A stretch of 64,000 nt of DNA. Source: Candidatus Micrarchaeia archaeon (GTDB lineage Archaea > Micrarchaeota > Micrarchaeia > Anstonellales > J096). The DNA lies in contig JBGQMB010000001.1 of the NCBI GenBank assembly GCA_041500405.1, positions 1-64,000 of the forward strand, written 5' to 3'. A model generated the notes under the pieces. It searched no databases and was not told where the DNA came from. It saw nothing but the letters and a program-made list of their open reading frames with translations. The translations under genes and the position numbers were made by a program. Shown piece by piece: positions 27,123-36,860 of this stretch. Numbering within the stretch: position 1 is the first letter of the stretch; every line of letters begins with the position of its first letter.

Positions 27123-29318
27123 ATGGGAAAGAAAGAATTCGTTGTAGAAGAAGTGCAGAAAATAATGGACGACCTTAAACACGTCAGGAACGTCGCGATA
27201 GTCGCGCACGTCGACCACGGAAAGACGACGCTTACAGACTCGCTTGTCGCAAGGGCCGGCCTGATATCCAAGGAATTGGCAGGCTCCCAGAGGGTTATGG
27301 ACTACGATGAGCAGGAGCAGAAAAGGGGCATCACAATCAAGGCGGCGAACATATCCCTTGGATTTACGTATGAGGGCAGCGACTACCTCATCAACCTGAT
27401 TGACACGCCAGGCCACGTGGACTTCGGCGGGCACGTCACAAGGGCCATGAGGGCGGTCGACGGCGTCGTTGTGGTCGTTGACTCAGTGGAAGGCGTGATG
27501 CCGCAGACTGAAACGGTCCTGAGGCAGGCGCTCAAGGAAAGGGCGAAGCCGGTCATATTCATAAACAAGGTCGACAGGCTGATAAACGAGCTCAAGCTGA
27601 CCAAGGAGCAGATGATTGAAAGGCTAACGAAGCTGATAATCAACATCAACAAGATAATACAGACCTCGGCACCGCCGGAATTCAAGGAAGACTGGGCGGT
27701 TTCGGTTGAGAATGGCAAGGTGGTGATAGGGTCCGCGTTCAACAAATGGGCGCTCAGCATAACGTCCATGAAGAAAACCGGGATAAACCTCGGGGACATT
27801 TACACCAAGGTTGAGGCAGGGGACCACAAATACCTTGTGGAAAAATCCCCGCTTGACGAAGTCCTGCTTGAGATAATAATAAAGCACCTTCCCACGCCTT
27901 TTGTTGCGCAGAAATACAGGATACCGGTGCTGTGGAAAGGGGACCTTAACTCGCCGGTCGGCCAGAGCATGCTAAACTGCGACAGAAACGCGCCGGTTGT
28001 CGGCATCATTTTCGTCGTGGTCCATGACGAGCACGCAGGCGAAGTCGGGGTGGCGAGGATTTTCGCCGGAAAGGTGGAAAAAGGGACACAGCTTTATCTC
28101 GCATCCAAGATGACATACGCCAAGGCCCAGCAGACCGCGATATACATGGGCCCTGACAGGATAGGGACGGAAAAGGTAACAGCAGGGAACATCGGCGCAA
28201 TAATCGGCCTCCGCGACCTTTATGTGGGGGAAACGATATCCTCGGAGCCGATAGAGCCGTTCGAGCAGATAAAGCACTACTCGGAGCCAGTGGTAACCAA
28301 ATCCATAGAGGCGAAAAACAGCAAGGACCTTGGCAAGCTGATTGACGCGCTGAGAGGGATATCAAAGGAGGATCCGACGCTAAAAGTCGCGCTGAACCAG
28401 GAAACCGGGGAGCACCTCATAAGCGGCATGGGCGAACTGCACCTTGAAATCATTGAATACAAGATAAGGGAAGAGAAGAAGATACCGATTGAGACCTCTC
28501 CGCCGATTGTCGTTTACAGGGAGACTATGACAAGGGCCGGCCCGATAAGCGAGGGAAAGTCGCCAAACAAGCACAACAAGTTCTACATAAAGGCAGAGCC
28601 CCTGTCCAAGGAAGTCATGCAGATGCTGGACAACGGGGAAATCAAGGAAGGCGTCCCGAAGGGAAAGAACCAGGAGGTTGTGGACAAGCTTGTCGCCGCC
28701 GGATGGGACAGGGACGAGGCCAAGGGAATATGGGACGTTTACAACAGGAACATAATTGTGGACGCCACCAAGGGAGTCCAGTACCTGAATGAGGTGCAGG
28801 AGCTTGCCATCCAGTCCTTCGAGGACGCGATGGACAGGGGGCCCCTTGCCCAGGAAAAGGTTTCGGGGCTCAAGATAACGATTGACGACGTTTCGCTCCA
28901 CGAAGACAACGTGCACCGCGGACCGGCCCAGATTCTGCCGGCAGTGAGGAACGCGATATACGTTTCCATGATAAGCGGCGGCATAGTGCTGCTTGAGCCG
29001 AAGCAGAAGGTGCTTATCCAGGTGCCGCATGATTACGCAGGGGACATAATCAACCTCGTGAACGGAAAGAGGGGGCAGATGGTCAACATGGAGCAGGAGG
29101 AGGACCTGACAAAGATTGTGGAAATCCTCCCGGTCGTTGAGATGTTCGGGTTCTCGAACACGCTCAGGGGCGCGTCCCAGGGAAGGGCGATTTGGTACCA
29201 GGAGTATGCGGGGTATGACCCGCTTCCGGTAAACCTCCAAGCAAAGATTGTGGAGGACACGAGGAAGAGAAAAGGGCTTCCGCCGCAGCCGCCGAACGCG
29301 CAGCACTTCATGGAATAA
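27123..29318 (+). CDS. fusA: Elongation factor 2
   Basis: AHVDHGKTT, RGITI, DTPGH, NKVD; diphthamide loop HEDNVHRG. Confidence 0.97.
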   Translation: MGKKEFVVEEVQKIMDDLKHVRNVAIVAHVDHGKTTLTDSLVARAGLISKELAGSQRVMDYDEQEQKRGITIKAANISLGFTYEGSDYLINLIDTPGHVDFGGHVTRAMRAVDGVVVVVDSVEGVMPQTETVLRQALKERAKPVIFINKVDRLINELKLTKEQMIERLTKLIININKIIQTSAPPEFKEDWAVSVENGKVVIGSAFNKWALSITSMKKTGINLGDIYTKVEAGDHKYLVEKSPLDEVLLEIIIKHLPTPFVAQKYRIPVLWKGDLNSPVGQSMLNCDRNAPVVGIIFVVVHDEHAGEVGVARIFAGKVEKGTQLYLASKMTYAKAQQTAIYMGPDRIGTEKVTAGNIGAIIGLRDLYVGETISSEPIEPFEQIKHYSEPVVTKSIEAKNSKDLGKLIDALRGISKEDPTLKVALNQETGEHLISGMGELHLEIIEYKIREEKKIPIETSPPIVVYRETMTRAGPISEGKSPNKHNKFYIKAEPLSKEVMQMLDNGEIKEGVPKGKNQEVVDKLVAAGWDRDEAKGIWDVYNRNIIVDATKGVQYLNEVQELAIQSFEDAMDRGPLAQEKVSGLKITIDDVSLHEDNVHRGPAQILPAVRNAIYVSMISGGIVLLEPKQKVLIQVPHDYAGDIINLVNGKRGQMVNMEQEEDLTKIVEILPVVEMFGFSNTLRGASQGRAIWYQEYAGYDPLPVNLQAKIVEDTRKRKGLPPQPPNAQHFME

Positions 29319-29326
29319 AGGGAGCG

Positions 29327-30460
29327 TTATTTTTCATTTCCCCTGTTCTTTCCAATCTTTTCATAAAGCGCAACAATCCTTTTTGTCTGCTTCACAATGT
29401 CATATTTCTTAGCCGCTTCCCTGCACTTCCTGCAGTTTCCGTGTTTCATGGCAAAACTGACTGCCTTCCCGAATTCATCCGCGTTTGAGAACACAAGCCT
29501 TTTGTCGACCTCTTCGGCAATTTCCGCCCCAGACGTCCCTTTTGCCGCTATGACCGGCATTCCGGACGCCAATGCCTCAACCACAACAAGGCCCTGGGTG
29601 TCAAACGGCGAGCAAAAGACCAGCGCGTTCGCCTTCCTGTAAAGCGCGTTCAGCCTTTTGTGCGGCACAAATCCCAGGAATTTCACGTCCCTTGAGACGC
29701 CGAGCCTTTTCGCCTCCTCCCTGTAATGCGCGATGCCAGGCCCGCCGCCTGCAACAACCAGTTTGGCCTTCTTTCCCTTTTCCTTCATCGCGGCCATCAT
29801 GCACATTGCCGTGTCTATCCTTTTCTCCTTTACGACGCGGCCAACGTGGAGCAAAAGAGGAATTCCCCTATTGGGTTTGCGCATAGCCTTGAGGTATCTG
29901 CCTAACTCTATGCCGTTCGGGAAAACAGCGGATTTTATGCCGTGGTCCGAGAGCATTTTCGCCGCAGTCTCCGACGGCGCAAGAACAGCGTCGTAGTTCG
30001 AGTAAAGCCATCTCAGATAGTGCCACGCGATTGCCTCGAAGTGGCGGTCAAGCATCTTGAATTTGGATATGTAATGCGTCGCTCCCGCGACGTTCGTGTG
30101 GAACGTAACAACTTTCGGGACATTGAGCCTCTTTGCCACCCTGTACGCCGCTATGCTGGTGAAAGCAATGCCGTGGCTATGCACCGCATCTATCTTCAGT
30201 TCCCTGCATTTCCTTGCCAGCGCGTCTATGCCAAGCGTGGCCTCATGCACCATGGCTATCCTGTACTGCGGATATGGCGCAAACGGATGGGACTCGAAAT
30301 AATGCACTTCCTTGTCAACCCAGCTTTCCCTTGATGGGGATGGCGCAAAAACATAGACAGTATGCCCGTTCCTTTCAAGCTCGCCCTTAAGAAGTTCAAT
30401 GCACCTGACAACTCCATCAACGTTTGGCTTGTAGCTGTCCGTGAAAAAGGCAATGTTCAA
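29327..30460 (-). CDS. Glycosyltransferase family 4
   Basis: FTDSYKPNVDGV, VGRVVKEK, DTQGLVVVEALASG. Confidence 0.9.
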   Translation of the reverse strand: MNIAFFTDSYKPNVDGVVRCIELLKGELERNGHTVYVFAPSPSRESWVDKEVHYFESHPFAPYPQYRIAMVHEATLGIDALARKCRELKIDAVHSHGIAFTSIAAYRVAKRLNVPKVVTFHTNVAGATHYISKFKMLDRHFEAIAWHYLRWLYSNYDAVLAPSETAAKMLSDHGIKSAVFPNGIELGRYLKAMRKPNRGIPLLLHVGRVVKEKRIDTAMCMMAAMKEKGKKAKLVVAGGGPGIAHYREEAKRLGVSRDVKFLGFVPHKRLNALYRKANALVFCSPFDTQGLVVVEALASGMPVIAAKGTSGAEIAEEVDKRLVFSNADEFGKAVSFAMKHGNCRKCREAAKKYDIVKQTKRIVALYEKIGKNRGNEK

Positions 30461-30464
30461 GTTT

Positions 30465-31154
30465 TCACCTTATCGGCTCGTACTCTGTCCCCGTCTTGTT
30501 AAGCAGGTTCGCCTCTATGAAATTCCTTGCATGGAAAAACGTGTATTTCAGGTATCCCCATTTCCTCATCCTTCTGGGGCTTGTGAACGCGAACGCGTCC
30601 TTGCTGTGGATTATCCTTCCATGCCTTTTTGCCGCCCTTACAAGCATGGTGTCCTCCCCGGTCATCACGTGCGGGAACCCGCCTATCTTGCGGTAGAACT
30701 TCCTTTCAAGCGCTATGTTGTCCGCGTTTGCGTAGACAAGGTTGAGCATGGACGTTGCTGGAAGCAAAACCTTATTCACCAGGTGCCCTCCCCATTCTTC
30801 CAGGAAGTTGGGCTGGTCTATGTAAAGGCTCCCCATGACCGCGTCCGCCCTTTTCTCTATTATCGGCTCCGTTATCCTTTCAAGCCAGCCCTTGGGGTAA
30901 ATCGCGTCCGCTGAACAGCTTATGAGTATTGTTCCCCTTCCAGCCCGCATGGCCTTGTCCCTTGAGCGGCCTATGCTCCCGCGCGGGTCGAAAATGACCT
31001 TGGCGCCGATGTCCTCCGCTATTTTAACAGTTCCATCGCTGCTATAGCTGTCAACCACTATTGCCTCGATTTTACCGCTTTGCCTAAAAAGGCTGTCAAG
31101 GCACTTTCCGATGTACTTTCCCTCATTGTACGTCGGTATAGTGAAGGTTATCAT
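30465..31154 (-). CDS. Glycosyltransferase family 2
   Basis: IPTYNE, VVDSYSSDGT, GGF..GED, TSPRR. Confidence 0.88.
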   Translation of the reverse strand: MITFTIPTYNEGKYIGKCLDSLFRQSGKIEAIVVDSYSSDGTVKIAEDIGAKVIFDPRGSIGRSRDKAMRAGRGTILISCSADAIYPKGWLERITEPIIEKRADAVMGSLYIDQPNFLEEWGGHLVNKVLLPATSMLNLVYANADNIALERKFYRKIGGFPHVMTGEDTMLVRAAKRHGRIIHSKDAFAFTSPRRMRKWGYLKYTFFHARNFIEANLLNKTGTEYEPIR

Positions 31155-31187
31155 GCGTTTTCCGTGTTGTGCAAACAATTAATAACC

Positions 31188-32111
31188 CTATTGGCTGCTG
31201 CCTTCGGCGGCGCCTTCGGCGGGCTCTTCCACAAACTCTGTTTTCACATCAAGGCCGCTAACCCGCCTTATCCTTTCAATATGCCTTTCTATGCGCTCGA
31301 GCAGCCTTAGCGTCCTCTGCCCTGTTTTCATTGCATCGGTCTGCATTCTTTCCCCGACTCTCCTTTGGGATCCCTTCCTCAGCATCGCATCCCGCGAAAA
31401 CTTGACGGATATTGCCGCGGCTGTTCCAGATGCAACAGCTATCCCAACGGATATCAGCATCTCGGCCAAGCGCTCAGATTGCGGCAGCGGCTCTATGCCC
31501 GGCGGCGCTGCGCTGTCAAGCCTTACCATCTCAATCATCAGGGACATAAGCACGATTCCGCCAAGGTATCCGCCCCATATGGCCCCGGTTTTCCAGTTTT
31601 TCTTGCTATGTGCCTTTAGCGGAAGCCCGTCATAATATCCTATGTCGCTCCTTGCAGACCCGAGCGATTCAACCATTTCCGCATTTACCGCATTGAATAC
31701 CTCCGCGCACTTCCTGCGCGCAAGGTCCAGCGCCTCGCCGACCTTTGTCATATCGCCGCTGAACGTTTCGCTGCCCGGCTTTATTTCCATAATGCTGTTC
31801 TTGAGCAGCGAAAGGCCCAGTATCGGGCTCTCGCAAAGCACCACATCATTCTTGGCTTCGGCATTATCCTCTTTCTTTTCGTTCTTAATTTTCATAGAGG
31901 TTGTGGTTGTCTTGGTCTTAGGAGGCTCCTTTTTCGGGGCCAGCCTCTCCATCCGCTCCATGCAGTCCTTTGCTTTCGCGATGCAGCGGAGCGCCATCTT
32001 CTTTTCGTGGCCCGCAACCAGCTTTTTCACGCATTTCGGCATCTGGGGCTTCCTGAAATGGGCCTGAAAATATGCCTGTATTTTCTCCATCCTCTCGCCT
32101 GGTTCTGCCAT
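31188..32111 (-). CDS. Hypothetical two-TM membrane protein with basic N-terminal region
   Basis: Only long ORF in the interval, TATA-like box upstream, two hydrophobic helices. Confidence 0.6.
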   Translation of the reverse strand: MAEPGERMEKIQAYFQAHFRKPQMPKCVKKLVAGHEKKMALRCIAKAKDCMERMERLAPKKEPPKTKTTTTSMKIKNEKKEDNAEAKNDVVLCESPILGLSLLKNSIMEIKPGSETFSGDMTKVGEALDLARRKCAEVFNAVNAEMVESLGSARSDIGYYDGLPLKAHSKKNWKTGAIWGGYLGGIVLMSLMIEMVRLDSAAPPGIEPLPQSERLAEMLISVGIAVASGTAAAISVKFSRDAMLRKGSQRRVGERMQTDAMKTGQRTLRLLERIERHIERIRRVSGLDVKTEFVEEPAEGAAEGSSQ

Positions 32112-32181
32112 ATACACTTACTATTTGAAACAATTTAAAAAGCTGGCGCTGGTTCAGCTGCCGTTTCCGCCGCGCCTGCCA

Positions 32182-33540
32182 TCACATGTGGAAGTACTGG
32201 TCGAACTCGTAGGCGTTCGGTATCATGCTCCCCATCCTCTGCTCCTTTATCTTCTGTTCTAGGTAATCAACAAGCAGTTCCGGGGTTATTACGCCCTTCA
32301 CGAAATCAACGTCGTTTTCCATGGCATCTATCGCCGTCATCAGGTCCCTTGGGAAGTCCTCAACCTTGAGCCTCTTCCTTTCCTTTGACTGCATTGTCGA
32401 AGGCCTTTCAGTGAGCATCTCCATCGGAGGCTCGGTCTTTCTTTTCACTCCGTCAAGGCCTGCGGCCATTATGACGGAATAGGCCAGGAACGGGTTGAGC
32501 GTCGGGTCCGGGAAGGTCGCGACTATCCTGGCGTCCTTTCCGGAATTGTCTATGAAAACCGCGTTTGACTTGTCCGCATTGCCCCAGGACATGTATTTCG
32601 GATCCTCGTAGAACCTCTTGTATGAGTTTGTCGTGGGGTTTGTGAAAAGCATGAGAGCTTTCAAATGCTCCAGTATGCCTCCGACAAAATACCTTGCGTT
32701 GTCGCTGATTCCGTCCTTTTTGCCGTAGAACACGTTTTCGCCCTTGTCTCCGATTGCCGATATCTCAAGCTCAAGGCCGCTTCCCTTTTCAGACGGTATC
32801 GGCATGGGCATGAACGTGGCGTTTACGCCGTTCAGGAAACCGACCGTCCTTGCCACCTGCTTGAAGGACGTGAATGCAAATGCGGATGTTATGAAGTCCA
32901 GGTCCTTTATGAACATGGCCTGGTGCGAACTGTTGTTCCTGCCGTGCATGTGCCTTTCAACCGCGTATCCAAATTGCGAATAGACCTGGCATATCTGCTG
33001 CCTTATGCCGTTGTAAAGGTCGTTCGGGAACGATGCGGCATTCATGTTTTCCATTATCGGCGCGTTCGGGGTCCACTTGCTTTCCTTGCTTCCGAGCGTT
33101 ACGGCAGAGCCTCCCTCCTTGTAGGTCCTATCCACGCCGTACCTGTCAAAGACGTAGAACTCCACCTTCTGCCTCACGATGATCTTGCTGATTCCGAGCG
33201 CATCCGCGTTCTTTCCGAGCCTGTCGGCGGCGTAAACAGGGTCCTTGAGGTGCCTTGTCCCGTCAGTTTTCTGTATCCTGCAGATGAGCCTTGCGTTCTT
33301 GTCCCCCATGTCAACGTACGTGTCCAAATCCGGGACAAGGACAAGCTTCTCGTAATAGTCGTCATTGAAGATGCTGCCGACATTGTCAGCCTCGATTCCT
33401 TTTTCGAAGTCGCTTGCCGCGATGAGTTCCCTGTTGACGCTGACCTCCCTCACGGAGCCGAAAATGTCTATGAACTGCAGATTCAGCCACTTTATCCCGT
33501 TGGAGTTCATCTTATCCATAATTTCGTTTGAGCTTGGCAT
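32182..33540 (-). CDS. Glutamine synthetase-like protein with degenerate active site
   Basis: LQFIDIFG, LVPD, ATFMP, NPTTNSYKR, FPDP..NPFLA retained; catalytic Glu/His/Arg replaced. Confidence 0.85.
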   Translation of the reverse strand: MPSSNEIMDKMNSNGIKWLNLQFIDIFGSVREVSVNRELIAASDFEKGIEADNVGSIFNDDYYEKLVLVPDLDTYVDMGDKNARLICRIQKTDGTRHLKDPVYAADRLGKNADALGISKIIVRQKVEFYVFDRYGVDRTYKEGGSAVTLGSKESKWTPNAPIMENMNAASFPNDLYNGIRQQICQVYSQFGYAVERHMHGRNNSSHQAMFIKDLDFITSAFAFTSFKQVARTVGFLNGVNATFMPMPIPSEKGSGLELEISAIGDKGENVFYGKKDGISDNARYFVGGILEHLKALMLFTNPTTNSYKRFYEDPKYMSWGNADKSNAVFIDNSGKDARIVATFPDPTLNPFLAYSVIMAAGLDGVKRKTEPPMEMLTERPSTMQSKERKRLKVEDFPRDLMTAIDAMENDVDFVKGVITPELLVDYLEQKIKEQRMGSMIPNAYEFDQYFHM

Positions 33541-33583
33541 AATACCACGTCTTCCTTTTGGGGTCAAGCTGTTTTTAAATCTT

Positions 33584-33928
33584 TTAGCGCTTCACACTCA
33601 ACCTTACATTTCCTGCAATCGAATCGTGGTTCACTGAAACCGATTCGGCTTCCGCGCCGTCGCATCCGGACTCAATGGCGCAGAACGGCGTTTCGTAGGA
33701 CACGCAGGCGCCTGACATCTTTGCCATCTTCACAATATCGGCTTCAAGCCCGACGGGGTCAGAGCAATAGAACATGCCTGTTCCGTGCCTGGCATAAAGG
33801 GTTGAGAGCATGTCCTCCGCTATCGCATACTGCGCCGCCCTCCTGTCGTCCCCGCCGTAGAATATCGGGACCATTGGCAGCATCGCGACCAGCAGCAAAA
33901 GCGAGACAGCGGCCTCAAGCGCCTTCAT
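33584..33928 (-). CDS. Small hypothetical protein with N-terminal hydrophobic helix (possibly pilin-like)
   Basis: MKALEAAVSLLLLVAML start, four Cys. Confidence 0.5.
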   Translation of the reverse strand: MKALEAAVSLLLLVAMLPMVPIFYGGDDRRAAQYAIAEDMLSTLYARHGTGMFYCSDPVGLEADIVKMAKMSGACVSYETPFCAIESGCDGAEAESVSVNHDSIAGNVRLSVKR

Positions 33929-33971
33929 GGTTAAGCATTCCAGAATAAGCTTTTAATCCATAGCGCAACAA

Positions 33972-34018
33972 TGGGCCCGCTGCAGCGATGACCCTGCTGG
34001 TCCATTTGCAGCAGGCCC
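33972..34018 (-). ncRNA. 12-bp hairpin ending in a copy of the tRNA-Ile 3' end
   Basis: GGGCCTGCTGCA / TGCAGCGGGCCC-A on the minus strand; last 11 nt identical to tRNA-Ile 3' end. Confidence 0.35.
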
Positions 34019-34040
34019 TCGGGAGCCATGCCGTATTATT

Positions 34041-34114
34041 TGGGCCCGCTGGGAGTTGGACCCAGGACCTTTCGATTATCAGTCGAACGCTCTACCAGGC
34101 TGAGCTACGAGCCC
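34041..34114 (-). tRNA. tRNA-Ile(GAT)
   Basis: GGGCTCG/CGGGCCC acceptor, TTCGA-CT-GAT-AA-TCGAA anticodon arm; T-loop reads TCCAACT. Confidence 0.9.
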
Positions 34115-34265
34115 CATTGGCATTTAAACGTAGGAAAACGTGCAGGAAAAGGTTTTTAACACGCTTGCCTTTGCGGTTTTGGCAGAACAATCATTTTTGT
34201 GTCTTTTTGTGGCAGAAAGCAATCTTTTTAAACCGTTTGTGGATAGTTATCCAAAAGGTATCATT

Positions 34266-35531
34266 ATGGCAGAACAAACCGTTGCACCAGGGGCAAAGCT
34301 CAATCCGAATTACAGGAAGCTTGCGGCAGGCTATCTTTTTCCGGAGATAGCGAAAAGAGCGAATGCATTTGCGGCCAAAAATCCGGACGCAAAGATAATC
34401 AGGCTGGGCATAGGCGACACTGTTTTGCCCTTGACAGCTACGGTCATAGAGCACCTGCACAGGGGCGTCGACAAGCTTTCAAAGCAGGAGACATATTCTG
34501 GCTATGGAGAAGAGCATGGGGACATCAGGCTGAGGAAAGCGCTGGCTGATTATTACAGGAAAACGAGATATGTAGAGATTGAATCAGAAGAATTTTTTAT
34601 AAGCGACGGGGCGAAATGCGACTCAGGAAACATTCAGTCCATTTTCGACATAAAAAACATCGTTGCTGTGCAGGACCCGGCATACCCGGTCTACGTTGAC
34701 ACGAACGTGGCATCAGGAAGGTCCGAAGAATACAACGCTGACCTTTCATGCTATTCAGGGATAGTGTACATGCCGTGCAATGCATCAAACGGGTTTTTCC
34801 CGGATGTCCCGAAACAGCATGTTGACCTGATATACATCTGCAGCCCGAACAACCCGACCGGCGCGGCTGCAACAAAGGAGCAGCTGAAGACAATTGTCGA
34901 ATATTCAATAGCTGAAAAGGCCATAATACTGTTCGACTCCGCATACTTCATGTTCATAAGCGACCCTTTGCTGCCAAAGAGCATTTATGAGATAGAAGGC
35001 GCAAGGCAATGCGCGATTGAGATTAGCAGCTTCTCAAAATGGGCAGGCTACACCGGTGTAAGAGGGGGCTGGTCCATTGTGCCAAAGACGCTCATTACCG
35101 CTGATTCCAAGCCTGGAGAGGTCCATACTGTATGGAGCCTGTGGCACAGGAGACAGCGCACCTTCTTCAACGGGCCTTCAAACATAGCCCAGGAAGGGGC
35201 ACTTGGAGTCCTTACAGAAAAGGGCCTTGCGGAAAGCCAGGGGCTGATTGACTATTACATGCACAACGCAACGATATTGGCGGAGTGCTTCAAGAAACTG
35301 GGTCTTGAAGTGTATGGCGGGAAAAACGCGCCTTTCCTTTGGGTAAGGACGCCAAACGGCATGAAATCCTGGGAGTTCTTCGACAAGATGCTCAACGAGG
35401 CTCATGTCGTCGTCACTCCGGGCTCAGGTTTCGGGCCAAGCGGAGAAGGGTATTTCAGGGTCAGCGCATTCGGCATGAGGGACAGCATAAACGCCGGCGT
35501 TGAAAGCATAAAGTCAAACCTTAAGCTGTGA
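34266..35531 (+). CDS. dapL: LL-diaminopimelate aminotransferase
   Basis: GYLFPEI, LGIGD, SDGAKCD, CSPNNPTG, SFSKWAGYTGVR, TPGSGFG. Confidence 0.93.
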   Translation: MAEQTVAPGAKLNPNYRKLAAGYLFPEIAKRANAFAAKNPDAKIIRLGIGDTVLPLTATVIEHLHRGVDKLSKQETYSGYGEEHGDIRLRKALADYYRKTRYVEIESEEFFISDGAKCDSGNIQSIFDIKNIVAVQDPAYPVYVDTNVASGRSEEYNADLSCYSGIVYMPCNASNGFFPDVPKQHVDLIYICSPNNPTGAAATKEQLKTIVEYSIAEKAIILFDSAYFMFISDPLLPKSIYEIEGARQCAIEISSFSKWAGYTGVRGGWSIVPKTLITADSKPGEVHTVWSLWHRRQRTFFNGPSNIAQEGALGVLTEKGLAESQGLIDYYMHNATILAECFKKLGLEVYGGKNAPFLWVRTPNGMKSWEFFDKMLNEAHVVVTPGSGFGPSGEGYFRVSAFGMRDSINAGVESIKSNLKL

Positions 35532-36823
35532 TCATGATGTCGCAAAAAACATTGCCGTTCACAAAGCACCAGGTAGAAAAGCTGGCGCAATGCCAGCCTA
35601 CGCCGTTCTACATTTACCACGAAAAGGGAATAAAGGAGACCGCAGGGGGGCTGAACAGCGCATTTTCTTGGGTTCCAAGGGGATTCAGGAACTATTTTGC
35701 TTTCAAGGCCTGCCCAAACCTCTTCATACTGGAAAGGCTGAAAAAACAGGGACTCGGCGCTGACTGCAGTTCTATGTCTGAACTGCAAATGGCTGAAATG
35801 GTCGGGATGAAGGGCGAGGACATAATGTTCACGTCCAACGACACGCCTGCCGAGGAGTTCCAGTATGCAAAGGAGCTTGGAGCGATAATAAATTTGGATG
35901 ACATCAGCCACCTGCCTTTCCTTGAGGAGTATTGTGGCGGCCTTCCAGACCTGCTTTGCTTCAGGCTCAACCCAGGCAAGATTGTCCAAGGGAACAAGAT
36001 CATAGGGCAGCCGGAAGAGGCGAAATATGGGCTGACACCCGACCAGCTTTTCAAGGCATACAAAATCGCGAAAGCCAAGGGCGTGAAAAGGTTCGGCATT
36101 CATATGATGGTGGCGTCCAACGAGCTGGACCCGCAAAAGTTCATTGACGACGTAAGGATGCTTGTCGAAATACAGCTAAAGCTGAAAAAGGACTTTTCAA
36201 TAAACCTGGAATTCATCAACAGGGGCGGCGGAATAGGCATAGCCTACAGGCCAGAGCAGAATGATGTCGATCTTGACTTTGTTTCAGAAGGGATAAGGAA
36301 GGAATTTTCCAGGCTTGAAGGCATAGTTGATCCCATGCCAAGGCTGTTCATGGAATGCGGAAGGATGATTACTGGGCCGCACGGCTACCTTGTATCAACT
36401 GTCAGGCACATAAAACACATATACAGGGACTATGTCGGCCTTGACGCATGCATGGCGAACCTGATGAGGCCTGCGCTTTATGGGTCATACCACCACATAA
36501 CCGTGATGGGCAAGGAGAACATGCCGCTGGACCACATTTACGACGTCACTGGCTCGCTTTGCGAGAACAATGACAAGTTTGCAATCCAGAGGCCGTTGCC
36601 GGAGATTGTGCCTGGAGACATCGTTGTCATCCACGACGCGGGCGCTCATGGATATGCGATGGGCTTTCAGTACAATGGCAAGCTCAGGTGCGCGGAGTTC
36701 CTGCTAAGGGAAAAGGACGGAGAATTCCAGATGATAAGACGGGCAGAAACAACTTCGGACTACCTCTCGACTTTCGACTTCGAGGGCTCAAAGTTCCGCG
36801 ATGCGGTAAGGGAGATGGAATAA
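35528..36823 (+). CDS. lysA: Diaminopimelate decarboxylase
   Basis: PTPFYIY, YFAFKA, GGGIG, ECGR, RPALY, GSLCENND, GAHG. Confidence 0.92.
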   Translation: MIMMSQKTLPFTKHQVEKLAQCQPTPFYIYHEKGIKETAGGLNSAFSWVPRGFRNYFAFKACPNLFILERLKKQGLGADCSSMSELQMAEMVGMKGEDIMFTSNDTPAEEFQYAKELGAIINLDDISHLPFLEEYCGGLPDLLCFRLNPGKIVQGNKIIGQPEEAKYGLTPDQLFKAYKIAKAKGVKRFGIHMMVASNELDPQKFIDDVRMLVEIQLKLKKDFSINLEFINRGGGIGIAYRPEQNDVDLDFVSEGIRKEFSRLEGIVDPMPRLFMECGRMITGPHGYLVSTVRHIKHIYRDYVGLDACMANLMRPALYGSYHHITVMGKENMPLDHIYDVTGSLCENNDKFAIQRPLPEIVPGDIVVIHDAGAHGYAMGFQYNGKLRCAEFLLREKDGEFQMIRRAETTSDYLSTFDFEGSKFRDAVREME

Positions 36824-36860
36824 ACTCCCTTTTTTAAATTTTCCCGAACAATCCAATTGC

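Noticed and set aside
28890..28935. Possible non-canonical EF-2 paralog lacking the diphthamide site
   Set aside because: The loop HEDNVHRG retains the target His
28380..29306. 308-aa minus-strand ORF
   Set aside because: Antisense shadow of EF-2
32665..33531. 288-aa plus-strand ORF
   Set aside because: Antisense shadow of the GS-like gene
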